In this document: positions 26,975-39,238 of the stretch, piece by piece | How the letters are laid out: the number at the start of each line of letters is the position of its first letter | Position numbering within the stretch: position 1 is the stretch's first letter | Assembly (NCBI GenBank): GCA_012295275.1 | Contig: CM022665.1 | Coordinates: forward strand, 29,326,001 to 29,390,000 | Length of the DNA stretch: 64,000 bases | Reading direction: 5' to 3' | Source: Chrysomallon squamiferum | Lineage: Eukaryota > Animalia > Mollusca | Program-made: the position numbers and the translations under genes | The notes under the pieces: generated by a model | What the model saw: the letters and a program-made list of their open reading frames with translations, nothing else | Database searches by the model: none | Told to the model about the DNA's origin: nothing

Positions 26975-29900
26975 CTAGGACTCCTCCTTTAAAGCTGTTA
27001 TACAATTCTTTAGAAGTTGCACCTGGGCCTACAAAAACAAAAGTCATACATTATTAAACACAATCAGGAATACTACTGTTAGTAATAGTGAAGTATCACC
27101 TAATTATAATAATTCAAAAGCTATTTTATTCTAATACAAATTGTTTGTGGTTTTTTTAAACTCCATTATATTTCTATTTTCATTATTATATGTGAGTAAT
27201 TCCATTACACTTTTCATTTCACTGAATATATCATTATAATTTTCACATGAAACAGACATTATAATTACTTTTTCCAAACACAGTGATTCTTTTTACAAGC
27301 TAGTCATTCAGAATTTGTGCAAAAATCAACCAAAAGAAAAGTTTAAAAAAATGAAACTTTTTTATATATTTGTAGATAAATGACACTAATTTCCAAATTA
27401 AGTATGAAGGTTGTCTTTAAATTACCACCTAAAATATTTTAAATACTCTGAAGTAAATGGTGAAAAAATATAACTTTGTCAGCTATCATTTTCTTCAATA
27501 ATAGTAGTGAATATAAACAACAACAAAATTTACCTTTGCATGTTTTAACTGTAACTCTGCCAAATCAACCAAATTTTTACGGAAATATGCTATTCTTCTT
27601 GTTTTAAATTCCGTCAGTTCTGTTAAAAATAAAAGTTAATATTTTCCATGTAAATCAATAGATGCATCATAAAAACATAACTTAAAAAAGAAGCCACAGG
27701 ATTAGGATCTAATACGTACTGCATAAATAAATGTTCCATATAACAAGAATAAACACTAATATTATACAATAGTACATTTTATTTGCTTTTTTCATTTATT
27801 TTATATTTTTAACATGTAGATGTTTCTTAAGTTTTTACTCTTGGTGATATGCTGTCTTTCATCTATCTCACCAATAATGTTACATCCATTTCTAATACAT
27901 TATTGAAAAATATGAAATAAGGTGGAGATCTCTAAGAAAATAAATACAACAATAAGAAAAACACTAATGATTTTTGTATAAATCCTAAAATTAAATATAT
28001 TAAATTAGGGCAATATTTGTTTTCTAAGTGAATAAAATTAAAATATCCAATGTACTTTTGAAGTAGGTTCAGAGGAGTGTGTGTGTGCGCACAAAAAAAG
28101 GATGATATACATTTATATTACTTATATTTTTTTTATCATAGTTAATAAAATGTTCTAAAGTAATCTTTTTTTTCTTCCAACTGTACTGAAAAGAAGTGTC
28201 AGAAACAAGTGCATTCATTATATTATGACCATATTCATGTAATTGTTTTTTTCACCATGTGTGCATGCCAAAAATACCTTTTTTTGCAGTTTCTGAAATC
28301 TTATCAAACTTTTTACATGAAATCTCTTGAGTTTTTTCAGCTTGCTGAACATCTTTGTTTTTTGTTCTGGCTTTCTCAAGAGCTTTGTTTGCATTTTCAT
28401 AATCAGCAAGAGCACGTGTTCTGCGATAAAGCAAGTCTTTTGCTGCTGCTGAATCTCGCATGTAGTATCTTAATGTATCACTCAACTTCAAGTCTTCATC
28501 TGAAGCCACTCTGCCTTCCAGTTTCTAACAAAATGTCAAAAATAAAAATGAAATAAATATTTGCTAAAATTAAAAAATTGACATGTTTTATAAATGGGGC
28601 TAAAGCAATTTAATAAAGGTAATATTTCTAATAGTTTTGGTCAGGTTTTAATAAAACTGTATGCTACTTACTCTGGCTTTTTCCAGTGCTTCTGCTACTT
28701 TAGTAAACACTCTGAAAATTAAAATAAATGAGGCCTTTATATCAACCTTTATTTGAAATTAATTCCTCAAAATACCTGTCGTTTTATCTGTACAATATTG
28801 AAGATTTACAATTTTTCAACTGAATAAAAACACTGAGTTATTTAGAATGATACATCTATGTTTAATGAAAAAACAAAATGCAGTAAGTATGTAAATGAAT
28901 GAATGATTAACAATCAATATAAACCTAATGTAGAGCACTGTTTCAATAACTAAAATATAAAATTTGAAATAAAAATCTGGTATTTTAAATAATTTCCATA
29001 GGAATTCATTCAGAAAGAAAACTAGTATTACTTACTTATCTAACTCTGTATTTTCAATTGTTGCTAGCTGCACTAACCCTGATGAAATCTGGATATATGT
29101 ATCTGCCACATCTGAAATAATAAAAACAATTATTATTTTACCTGAATCTGTGAAACAAAAATACATTATGATTTGTTTTCTTGTTAAAAATATACAAATA
29201 ATTTTTTTTTTTTTAAATAAACTAACAACTTTATATGTAAATGAAAGTTCAACCTTTTAATTACCATATGTAATCTTTTTGCTGCTATTCCTGTTTTTAA
29301 ATTACAATAAAATACAATTTAAAAATATCTTTTGTAGCATCTTGTTGCAAATTCCAAAACAGCGTAGAAATAAATAGAAAAATTCTGAAATTCTTAATAA
29401 CGAATTTGTAAATCGTTAATTATTCAAATAATACAGACAACTCACTTTTACGGTTCTTTGTCATTCTGTCTCCTTTAGCTGTTGCATCTCGAATTTTAAC
29501 ATGATAATCTATAAGGAAAACCTTTTCAGACTCAAAAAATTCATCAACATCCTGAAATGTCAAAAAAATAAATTAATCTTTTTCCATTTTTTAATTAAAT
29601 ATTTGAAATGCAAGTTGGGAGCAAAACTTCAAATAGGTTAGAAATATTGATCCATCTGCCTGTGTGTATGTGCATGTTTATATAATAATTTATTCACTGA
29701 TATACTGATCACAGAATATTCAAACCAACTCGGAGACAAACTTTCTTAAAATATATTCAGAAAAGAACAAATTTAATCATTTATTTGAATCATTATAGTA
29801 AAGCAAAATTTCATACCTTTTGTGTTGACAATAAAGCTTCATCTGCAGTTTTGGTGATGCTCTTGAAGAAACCACCTAGCTTCTCCTTTTTGTTCTTTCC

Positions 29901-32900
29901 TCGAACGGATAACTAGAAATGAAAGACAATCATTTTTTAAAATATTAACCATTGTTTTATGGGATTTTTGAAATATGAATATATCAAATTTTAAAGTAAT
30001 TGTTCTTTTCATGTTTAAAATCTTAAATAATAAATCTGCAGAATAGAACAATAGGATAGCAGAAACCACTTTTAGTAAAAAGGTTAAATTTTAAATATTT
30101 CTCTATTATTATACTTAATCTATTACTGTGAAAAAAAATCAAAACAAAATCATGATAAGATCCTTTCTGTGTAGAGTATTCTGAAAACACATACATCGCC
30201 TTCAAATTCCAAAAATACTTCAAAGTTGACATCAACACGCAATGCTGGATGAGCTGCCAGTCGCTGAAGAAATACTTCATGCATAGCTACAGTTTTCTTA
30301 AAAGTGGCCAGATATTCTCTACAAGTGTAAATAAAATTATATAATTGTAATACATAAAAAGATATCAATGAAATTGTTTAATTGCTTATTTATAGATGAT
30401 ACAGAGAAAATATAGAATGTGTTTTTATTATTACTCCAACAGATACATTTCTTGGAAATTTTGATAGACACACCCAAAACCCTTCTATAACATAGGTTTT
30501 TTCTACTAATTTCACTTGTACAATACAATTTTACAAACAAATATCAAATATTTTAACTGAACTGTACAGTGGAAAAACAACGTCAAAATTCTGCATTTTA
30601 ACATTACTAACCAGTCCACAAATATATACATACATAATATTTACATTTAAAAAAAATATATTAATAGACAAAAATTATGTACGCTTCAAGTTCCTGCTTC
30701 ATCTTGACAAACTCCTCACGAGTCATGGTCCCTTCACCTTCCCCAAGTCGCTGCAGCTTTTCTCGAGATGCATCAAAATCTGGCCTTGGTGGAGTTGGTG
30801 GAATCTAGCAAAAACACATATTTATACTTAATGCATACAAGCTAGTGCATTTCATCCATCTTTCTCCATGTTTTACGTGTGTATGTGGGTATGTGTGCAT
30901 GAGAACACATTTGTGTTTGTGTTTGTGTTTTTAAGTATGTATATCAAACTATTTTTTTTTTTTTTTAGGAACAAGCTCAGTTAGAATTCATCATAAATAA
31001 ACAATATTAAAATCACTGTTATTAGAATGTAAAGTAAATACTTCTTACAATGATGCCTGCATATTCTTCATTTTCCACATAACGATCATGAAGCCAAATA
31101 AATTCCTCATGCTGACGAACAACAGAAAATTCTGGTTTTCTGAACTGCTGAAGAGTTGTCTAATTAAAAGGAAAAAAAACATTCTATCAGAGAACTGCAA
31201 TAGGGCTTTTTCTGTTTATTAAGATTAATTTCATAAGATAATGGTGTCTTACTTTACACTGATTATTTTAATGAAGAATTAGAAAAGAAAAGATGAAGCA
31301 TTACCTTTGTGTGAACAGTGAACTTCACCTTGTCTCTCTCACTGAGTGCATCAGAAATATCAACTATCAAGGAGGTGTCAGTCAAGTCAACAGTGTCAGA
31401 TCTCTGCTATTGACAAAATTTAAAATTATCAATATTAATGCCAAAGCAACAACAAAACCACTGATTATACATTACAAATATTGTTCTCAATCTATTTTCT
31501 ATTTATATAAATTGAAACGATTCAAGCAGCAGCTTGGAATAAATGAATAAATGGCAATATTTGTATCTACCAACATAAAAAATCAAAAACATTACATTTT
31601 TTATGGACTTTTTTTGTGTTTTTTTTTAAAAAATGGGTTTCTCTTTTTGACCTCTGAACCACTAGGAAATGTTCATACTTTTTATATTTTTATTTAATGA
31701 ATGAAAAATTGTAGTTTTAATATAATAATTTTCTGTGGACTTTTGACTTGATATTGAATTAGCATTTCCATTTTGTTCATTTTAACTCATTTCACCAATT
31801 ATTTTTTACAGAATGTTCAAGGAAGTAATGATTATATTCATTACTACGATAATAAATTTACAATTTACATAGATAGGCCTACATACATGTAAATCTGAAT
31901 TATTATGGGGGATTTTTATGCTTTTTATTTACTTAAAATCTTCACATTTTCCTCTACATTCGTAAAAAGGGTTTAGTATATTCCTATGATTACTTTTTCT
32001 TGCTACAATGTTAAGATTTATAAATATTACATTCTGATTATAAAGGTTCATAGTTAAAATTATTTTATATATAAAATATTCTGACAGCTGATGCCTATAA
32101 ATTTAATGACTTTTCAGGATTGCAATAGCAACAGTGGACTAATTATCTATCATTACTATTAGTGTTTTACTAAAAGAGGCCCTAATGTCAGGCTGCATTC
32201 ATCTGAAAAATGTTGTGACTGACATTTTTTGGCTTGCATGTCAGTCACTATCTTTGCATTGTATTACTGACTATAGTTTTAGAAATGGATAAAGTGAACA
32301 CTACTGTGACATAGGTTACACTTGTCAAGGATATCATATCAGTTTTGTTTTCATTAGAACAGAATTTTCTAACAACAACCAGATGATCTAACTACAAATA
32401 TGATTTAAAAATTTCTGACACTATCTTTACTTAAGGATTTGTTTTCAGGCATGTAAAATTTGGTATCATTTGGTTAACAAGAACATGCCTTTTCAACACA
32501 GAATTATAGCAGACACAAAATTGTACTTTTTGCTATTAGGGCCTACCCAAGTCCCACAAGTTACTTGAGCATTCAAGTTGATCTGTTTTTACATTTTCCA
32601 GAATAAAACCTTTCTCATGACTTAATATCATCTAAATCTATCAAGCACAAAATGTTTTCTAGCTTCCTGAAAGAACATCTGATGTTAGGCAAAATTACTT
32701 TAGTTTTACAGGATGTTTAATTTTTTTCTACTTCTGAGGATTAAATTTAGCATATGTATTGTGGCCAGATGCATACTTGCCCAGATCCTTACTTTTTTTC
32801 TCTTTTTTTTGGTCAATCCATGCTATCTTTGGATTATTTTTATTCTGTTAGCTTTCATTCTGAGAAAGTTACAGTTACTTAATTGCCAGTTTACCAGACA

Positions 32901-34239
32901 ATAGTCATACATTTGTGTTAAAAAAAATACATGATTTATTTATTAAATAAAAATTATACTTTTGCAACAATTAACCAAATATATACATCTTGGTACCATT
33001 TTCAAGGTCTTTTTTTCAGTTCTCTCCAATGACACAAGTAAAAAATAAAATCAGACTAACTTCATCTTTTTTCTAATATACCTATACTATACATCTACTA
33101 GATCTATAGTAATAATATAACAAAATAATATTTTTCTCCATTACCCAATTTCACAATGTCCAAGCTAGCACTTGGATCCAGCTGATGTGCATCACCTCCA
33201 TAGCACAGAGTATTGTTCTCCATTTTTAATTTCCAGAATAAACACTTTTTTAGTGACTTAGTACACACATTTCTTTTATTTTTCCTTTTGCCATTACAGA
33301 AGTATTTTTAATTTTTCTTTTTTCTAACGAAAAATACCTAAAATCATTCAGGCCAAAATAAAAAAAGTATCTTTCACATCCAAAACTATGTTTTCCCGGT
33401 AGATCAGGTTTTTAACATTATTATTATTACAGCAACAGTTTTTCGAGCTTAACCAAAAATCATCTGATCTGGTGGTATGGTTCATAAAGCATTATCGGTT
33501 TAAGTGAAGTCACATATCAATGTTTATTTTTATTTTATTTCAGTAGATAAAAAATTTATAATTATATCTGTACATAATTATTAATTAACTAATTACCTTT
33601 ACTCTTGATACAATAGCTCTGAACAGACCAAAACTGCGGAAATTTTCAGAACATAAAACTACAATTCCTCGACTGTTTTCAAGGTACCATCAAGTATATG
33701 GTATCATTTTACTGTTTTTTTCCATCCTCTTTCCAGTGATGCAACAATAATTTAAATTTTTGGACTCTTATTATTTATTATTTTATTTATTTCCCTTCTT
33801 TTTTTTTTTTTTTTTTTTTTTTGACACATACCTAGTATTACTATTAGTAGAAAGCAAATGTCAGAACATGACAAGGACCATTTGGAAGGCTTCAGATCTC
33901 CATTGCTTTCGCTTTAAAAAGATGTTAAATGGTATAATTAAAACTGAAACTAATAAAATGTATGTAAAAGGAAGTGATTAATGAACAATTAAAAATTAAC
34001 TTGTGGGTTTTTTTCTGCACCATCGAAAACCTATCCCACCATGGTATAACACCGATCTGTAAAATTAAAGGACAAATCAGAATACATTACCTTACCACCT
34101 GTTTCCTCGGCTAGGAGGTCAGGGCTGTCATCAATTCCATCCTTAAAAGAGAAAAAGAATGCATTAAGTAAATTTAAATTATGTTATGGAATCAAAATAA
34201 TGCACACCAGAAAAACAGACGACGCACACCCACCATCAT
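26975..34239 (-). CDS. SNX6: Sorting nexin-6 (SNX5/6/32 PX-BAR family), 13 coding exons (~405-406 aa)
   Basis: Exons (minus): 34239-34234, 34141-34091, 31403(31406)-31305, 31159-31049, 30804-30683, 30318-30195, 29912-29817, 29551-29446, 29111-29036, 28711-28672, 28524-28278, 27619-27534, 27028-26975. Protein: [12 protein letters not shown]...[20 protein letters not shown]...[13 protein letters not shown]...[25 protein letters not shown]...[24 protein letters not shown]...[17 protein letters not shown]...[32 protein letters not shown]. Confidence 0.97.
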
Positions 34240-34362
34240 GGCTGCAATATTATCACGTGATTTCATTTTACAAGTAAAGCTATGTAACAATCGTTATTTT
34301 CGAAATGTCGTTCAAAACTGAAAATTAATAACACAAATAAAATAAATGTAATATGTGGGCAG

Positions 34363-34918
34363 GAATAATTATAATTATATATACATATAAAATAACCAAT
34401 TTTTAGAATTATATAACTGCGTTTGAACAAATTTCTGTTAAAAGATAAACAAACAGATAAACAAAAATACCAATAAAAAATGTATATTTAAGTCCATAGA
34501 TCTATCAACTGATCAGTTAATCTATTTAATAATTAAGGCTAGGAACAAAACTCAGTTTTAATAGCGATGACCTTATTTATGCTGGCCATTTAGGTATTAA
34601 AAAGAAAAAAGAAAACAAAAATGTGTGTGCTCATATTGAATAATTATAAAAATATATATAATAACAAGAATTTTTGAATCATATAACTGCGTCGGAACCA
34701 CTTTCTATTAAAAAGGATAAACAAAAGTAACAATAAAAATGTATATTAAGTTCACAGATCTATAATTTAACCAGTTAATCTCTTTAATAATTAAGGCTAG
34801 GAACACAACTCAGTTTTAATAGCGATGACTTCATTTATTCTGTAACAGTTAGTTAGGTATTAAAAAGAAAACGAATACAAAAAAAAAAAAAAAAAAAATA
34901 AAAACGTGTGTGCATATG
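34363..34918. repeat. Diverged tandem duplication (2 x ~275 bp) immediately upstream of SNX6
   Basis: Copy 1 ~34363-34637, copy 2 ~34639-34918. Shared blocks include tataactgcgt, tttaataattaaggctaggaaca.aactcagttttaatagcgatgac, ttaggtattaaaaagaaaa and gtgtgtgc. Confidence 0.9.
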
Positions 34919-34981
34919 TCCTTTTAAACCAGAAAGAGGCAGCGAGGTTATGGTAAAACGGACTTATTTGCATTTGGCATT

Positions 34982-35012
<31 letters not shown>

Positions 35013-35392
35013 CTTCTTCTTCTTCTTCTTCTTCTTCTTATTATTATTATTATTATTTTCATGATAATGTGAAATTCCTCAAACTTGGAAAACAAAGTAA
35101 ATTTGATAACAATTGGACCACAAAGCATTTTTTTTTTTTTTTTTGTTTTTGTCTCACCATCTCTGTATCCGACACAGGCTGTAAGGAAAATTATAATATA
35201 TGTGTGAAAAGTTAAGTTTATCGAACTCCTTGTTTAAAATGAATAAATGTCAATAAATAAATAAATAAATAATAACAATTAGCCAGTCATTCTCATTATT
35301 TTGTTTTAAATTTATTTTTAATCTATTTTTATTTTACTTTCATTTTTATGTTTATTTATTTATTTGATTTTTGATTTCTAATCTTTTTAAAC

Positions 35393-35424
<32 letters not shown>

Positions 35425-36540
35425 TTTATTTTTTTTTTTTTTTTTTTTTGCTATTGGATTCCAAGGACAGCTGACAGATAAGGCTACAATACGAGCACAC
35501 TGACAGGAATCGCCTTCTCACATTTTTCATCCTGTGGTCCATTCAGAAATGTATGTGCCATCTAGAAGGCCATAACAGCCCCGACGAGACTGTAAACATT
35601 AGAAGATAAATTTTAAAATAGTGAGTAACATTTAAAGCTAATAGATGATTTTTGTGTAATCTGTATAAAAACAACATAACGCCATAGAAAATTTACCAAC
35701 ACTTTATTCATATCTAACATGTAAACAGATTCGAGGTGAGTACAAGGTTTTTCATTATGATGTTAAAATCAGTTATTTGTGGGGTTTTGGATTATATCAC
35801 ACGTCTTTAGTTAAATCGTTTCAAAGAAATTTGTTACATAATATTTATATTTCGTATAGATTTGTAAGGTTTCAGTTTGAAAATATAAAATATACTAATA
35901 TATATGTGAGGTGTGTATATAAACACACATACACAAACATTCATTCATACATTATGTATATATATAATGCTTTTTTTCTTTTTGCTTCTTATATATGTAT
36001 CTGATTCATGAACGCTGTAACTCATTAAAATGCTGTTCCTATTTTATTTCCAGCTGTGTCCATTAGGTCAGATATAAATACATTTCGACGTGTTTTGAAA
36101 CTGTCTACAATTAACTGTGTTAAAGTCATTGTCATTGTTACTTCAAATAATATTTATTACAAAAAGCAGTGACAGTAAATAATATATAGCTCACTAAAAG
36201 TTGGTTAATACAAAGTGTGAAAATATTTGATTATTCATTTAACATCTATAATTAATTACACAATGCAATTCTATGTACAATACTAAGTTACAGTTACAAA
36301 ATATTTATAATTTTAAACGACAATAAAGGACAGTGTCAAAAAAAAAAAAAAAAAAAAGTATATATATATATAAAAAGCAGGTGTCAGTAGAATAAAATAT
36401 AAAACTGCAACAACGTAAATATTGTATACAGTTTAATGCGCATATATTTAAAAGTATAAATGTAGCAAAGATAACATGTACATAAATAAATTTTCAAAAA
36501 CAGAACGAACAAAACAAAGAATAATGACAACTATAATGTT

Positions 36541-36543
<3 letters not shown>

Positions 36544-36606
<63 letters not shown>
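36544..36606. repeat. (AG)n microsatellite
   Basis: About 31 AG units. Confidence 0.95.
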
Positions 36607-36611
<5 letters not shown>

Positions 36612-37934
36612 ATGTTTTGCTCCAGTACAGCAGAAATATAGTAAGTGCAAATATTTATTTATTTTTTTGTTCGTAAACCAATATAAAATATCTTATTACA
36701 AAAACAAAATGTATAAACAAACAATCTGAGATTTGTGTATAGTAACTGGAGACACGTTTTTGAAGAACAAATAAACTAGTGTTTATAACTACAGATACAG
36801 TTACTTACTAATTTTGCTATTTATTATTTTTAACTCATCAATGAATATTTATGTCTTGTCGAATTATCTGTGAAATTTGTTTATATTTTATGAACTATCG
36901 GCAGTACAATTATACCGTATCTTTAGATATATTTCCATCTTTCATTCGTATAGGTAAAGATAGCATGTATTAAAACAAGTTGTCTGCCATCTGTTGTCTT
37001 CCATATGATATCAGTTATGATTATTCATATATAATTACTACTTGTATTACGTGAAAATTATATATGAATAAGTGTTCTGCTTCTTTCTGTTTCGCTTCCA
37101 TGACAGATGATCATTTGTTTATTAACTAGGTCGAAAATACTGGATTGGTATTTGACGCAATTAAATTCTTATGACGTGTTTAATAAAACAAAGAGAATTA
37201 TGATGATGTAACTAGAGAAAAAAACCCAAATAAACTATGTTGTTTATGACATATTAGAAGGAACGCGAAAAAAAAAATAATAATAAATAAATAAATAATA
37301 ATAATAATAATAATTAATTAATAAATAATTTAAAAAATAGATAAATAAATTAATAAATAAAAACAAAATTAAATGTGCAACATTCTGTATGAATAAATGA
37401 TACGAATATTAAAATGTTCCTGTTTTTAGGATAACGTACGATTGAGCAGATTATTACAAGTAATCAAATAAAGCATAAAGTAGATACAAATATAACTGTG
37501 TATATAAAGAAAGCAAAATACAATATAAACTAATAATAATAATAAAATAAAGAGCTATAAGCCAAACAACGAATACTTCAAAATCCTATTCTTCAAAAAG
37601 ACAATCCGATAAACTTTCCTGTAAGATTTTCAAAACCATGCTAGGATAATCCGTATTCAAAATTTTTCGAAAGCACATTATTTTGTTAAACATTCTAATC
37701 TGTGTAAACTTTTGACCTCTGCCACTTTCATAGTTTTATGTTTATATCCAGTGCTCACACACATGGACATCAGAGGCAGCTGCTGCAGGCCGTGCCATCT
37801 CTTATTACATTTTCACTGACTTTAACAATGAGATTCAATAGTTTGAAACCATATATTATTTTTTGTATTTTTTATCTCTTATTTATTTATTTCTTATTTT
37901 CTTAATTTTATTTTCATTTTATTTTATTATTTAT

Positions 37935-37935
<1 letters not shown>

Positions 37936-38020
<85 letters not shown>
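37936..38020. repeat. (AG)n microsatellite
   Basis: About 42 AG units, downstream of the claudin-like stop codon. Confidence 0.95.
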
Positions 38021-38024
<4 letters not shown>

Positions 38025-38351
38025 ATACCCGTCGAAAATAAACAGTATAAACGTCGTATATGATAAATTAACAAAAGAAAAACCATACATTTTTGAAATT
38101 AAACAAAACAAAATAAAAATATAGACAAAAACAATTTCGGTAATAAATGACGATTTCTTTAAAAAAGGCAAGAAAATTAATATTTTTCTTACTCTATTTT
38201 TTTTTTTTTTTTTTTTTCTTTATTATTATTATTATTTGTTTTCTTCTTCTTCTCCTTCGAAAATACGGGTTAAAAAAGAAGTTCATTTTATAAAAATGAA
38301 TACTCTTTAAGATTTTGTTTTGTTATGTATTTTCGAAGTTTCATCAGCCCC

Positions 38352-39179
38352 CTAACGCCCGAGGGAGTGGATGATACACATAACACCAGAAACAAACATG
38401 AAGATGGCTCCAACAATGGCGATACCCATCGACCAGCCTACTTTGTATCCCCTCTCATCTAAATTGATACCGAATACCGCAATTCCAACTACGATGAAGA
38501 ACACTGAAATAACAAAATATTAACTTTATTTTCCATTTAATGTCATTTTTATTTTATATTTTCGACTATTAATAACAGTTCTGTAATTCTGTAAAATGTA
38601 CTTTTGGATTTTGAGTTTAAATAAAGTTCGTAAAGCTCTAATTTATTGCCTTATTTACTTCTACTGACAATTTTTTTTTACTCGTAACAAAGCATGATTA
38701 ATATTATTACTTTCATCATGACTTAATTTCTTACAAATAGAAACAAAAAAACTTATATTTAAATATAAAGAAAGATATATTAAAATATTATAATATTACA
38801 ATTTAAACTGAAAGAACATATAAAGTTTTTGAACTGTACTAAATATATATATATATTTAGTTTACAAACCTGCTGCAAAAATGAGCACCATTGTTACAAT
38901 GAGAGCATTCCGTCGTCTACATTGGTCAACGAAGATGTACAACAACAACACTAGGACGGAGAGAAGATCACAGATCAGACCTATGACCTCTAGAGCTTGC
39001 GTAGCAACGTAAAAGTCTGAAAAATAAACATATAGGATAATATAGTATGATTTTAAAGAAAGCTCATCGGTATGTTCAGTGTAAAAATATTAATTAGTTG
39101 ACAAAATGAAAGCTATATTTATTTATTTTTATTTATATATTTATTTTATTATATTACGTTCAACTGTTTTCAACCCCCT

Positions 39180-39238
<59 letters not shown>

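Noticed and set aside
33596-33690. Possible alternative SNX6 exon ending in AAG|gtaatt on the minus strand
   Set aside because: I found no in-frame ATG or phase-compatible acceptor.
35456-35610. GC-richer island between SNX6 and the claudin-like gene
   Set aside because: The frames I translated close quickly and there is no clear fold or repeat identity. It could be an enhancer, but the sequence alone cannot support that.
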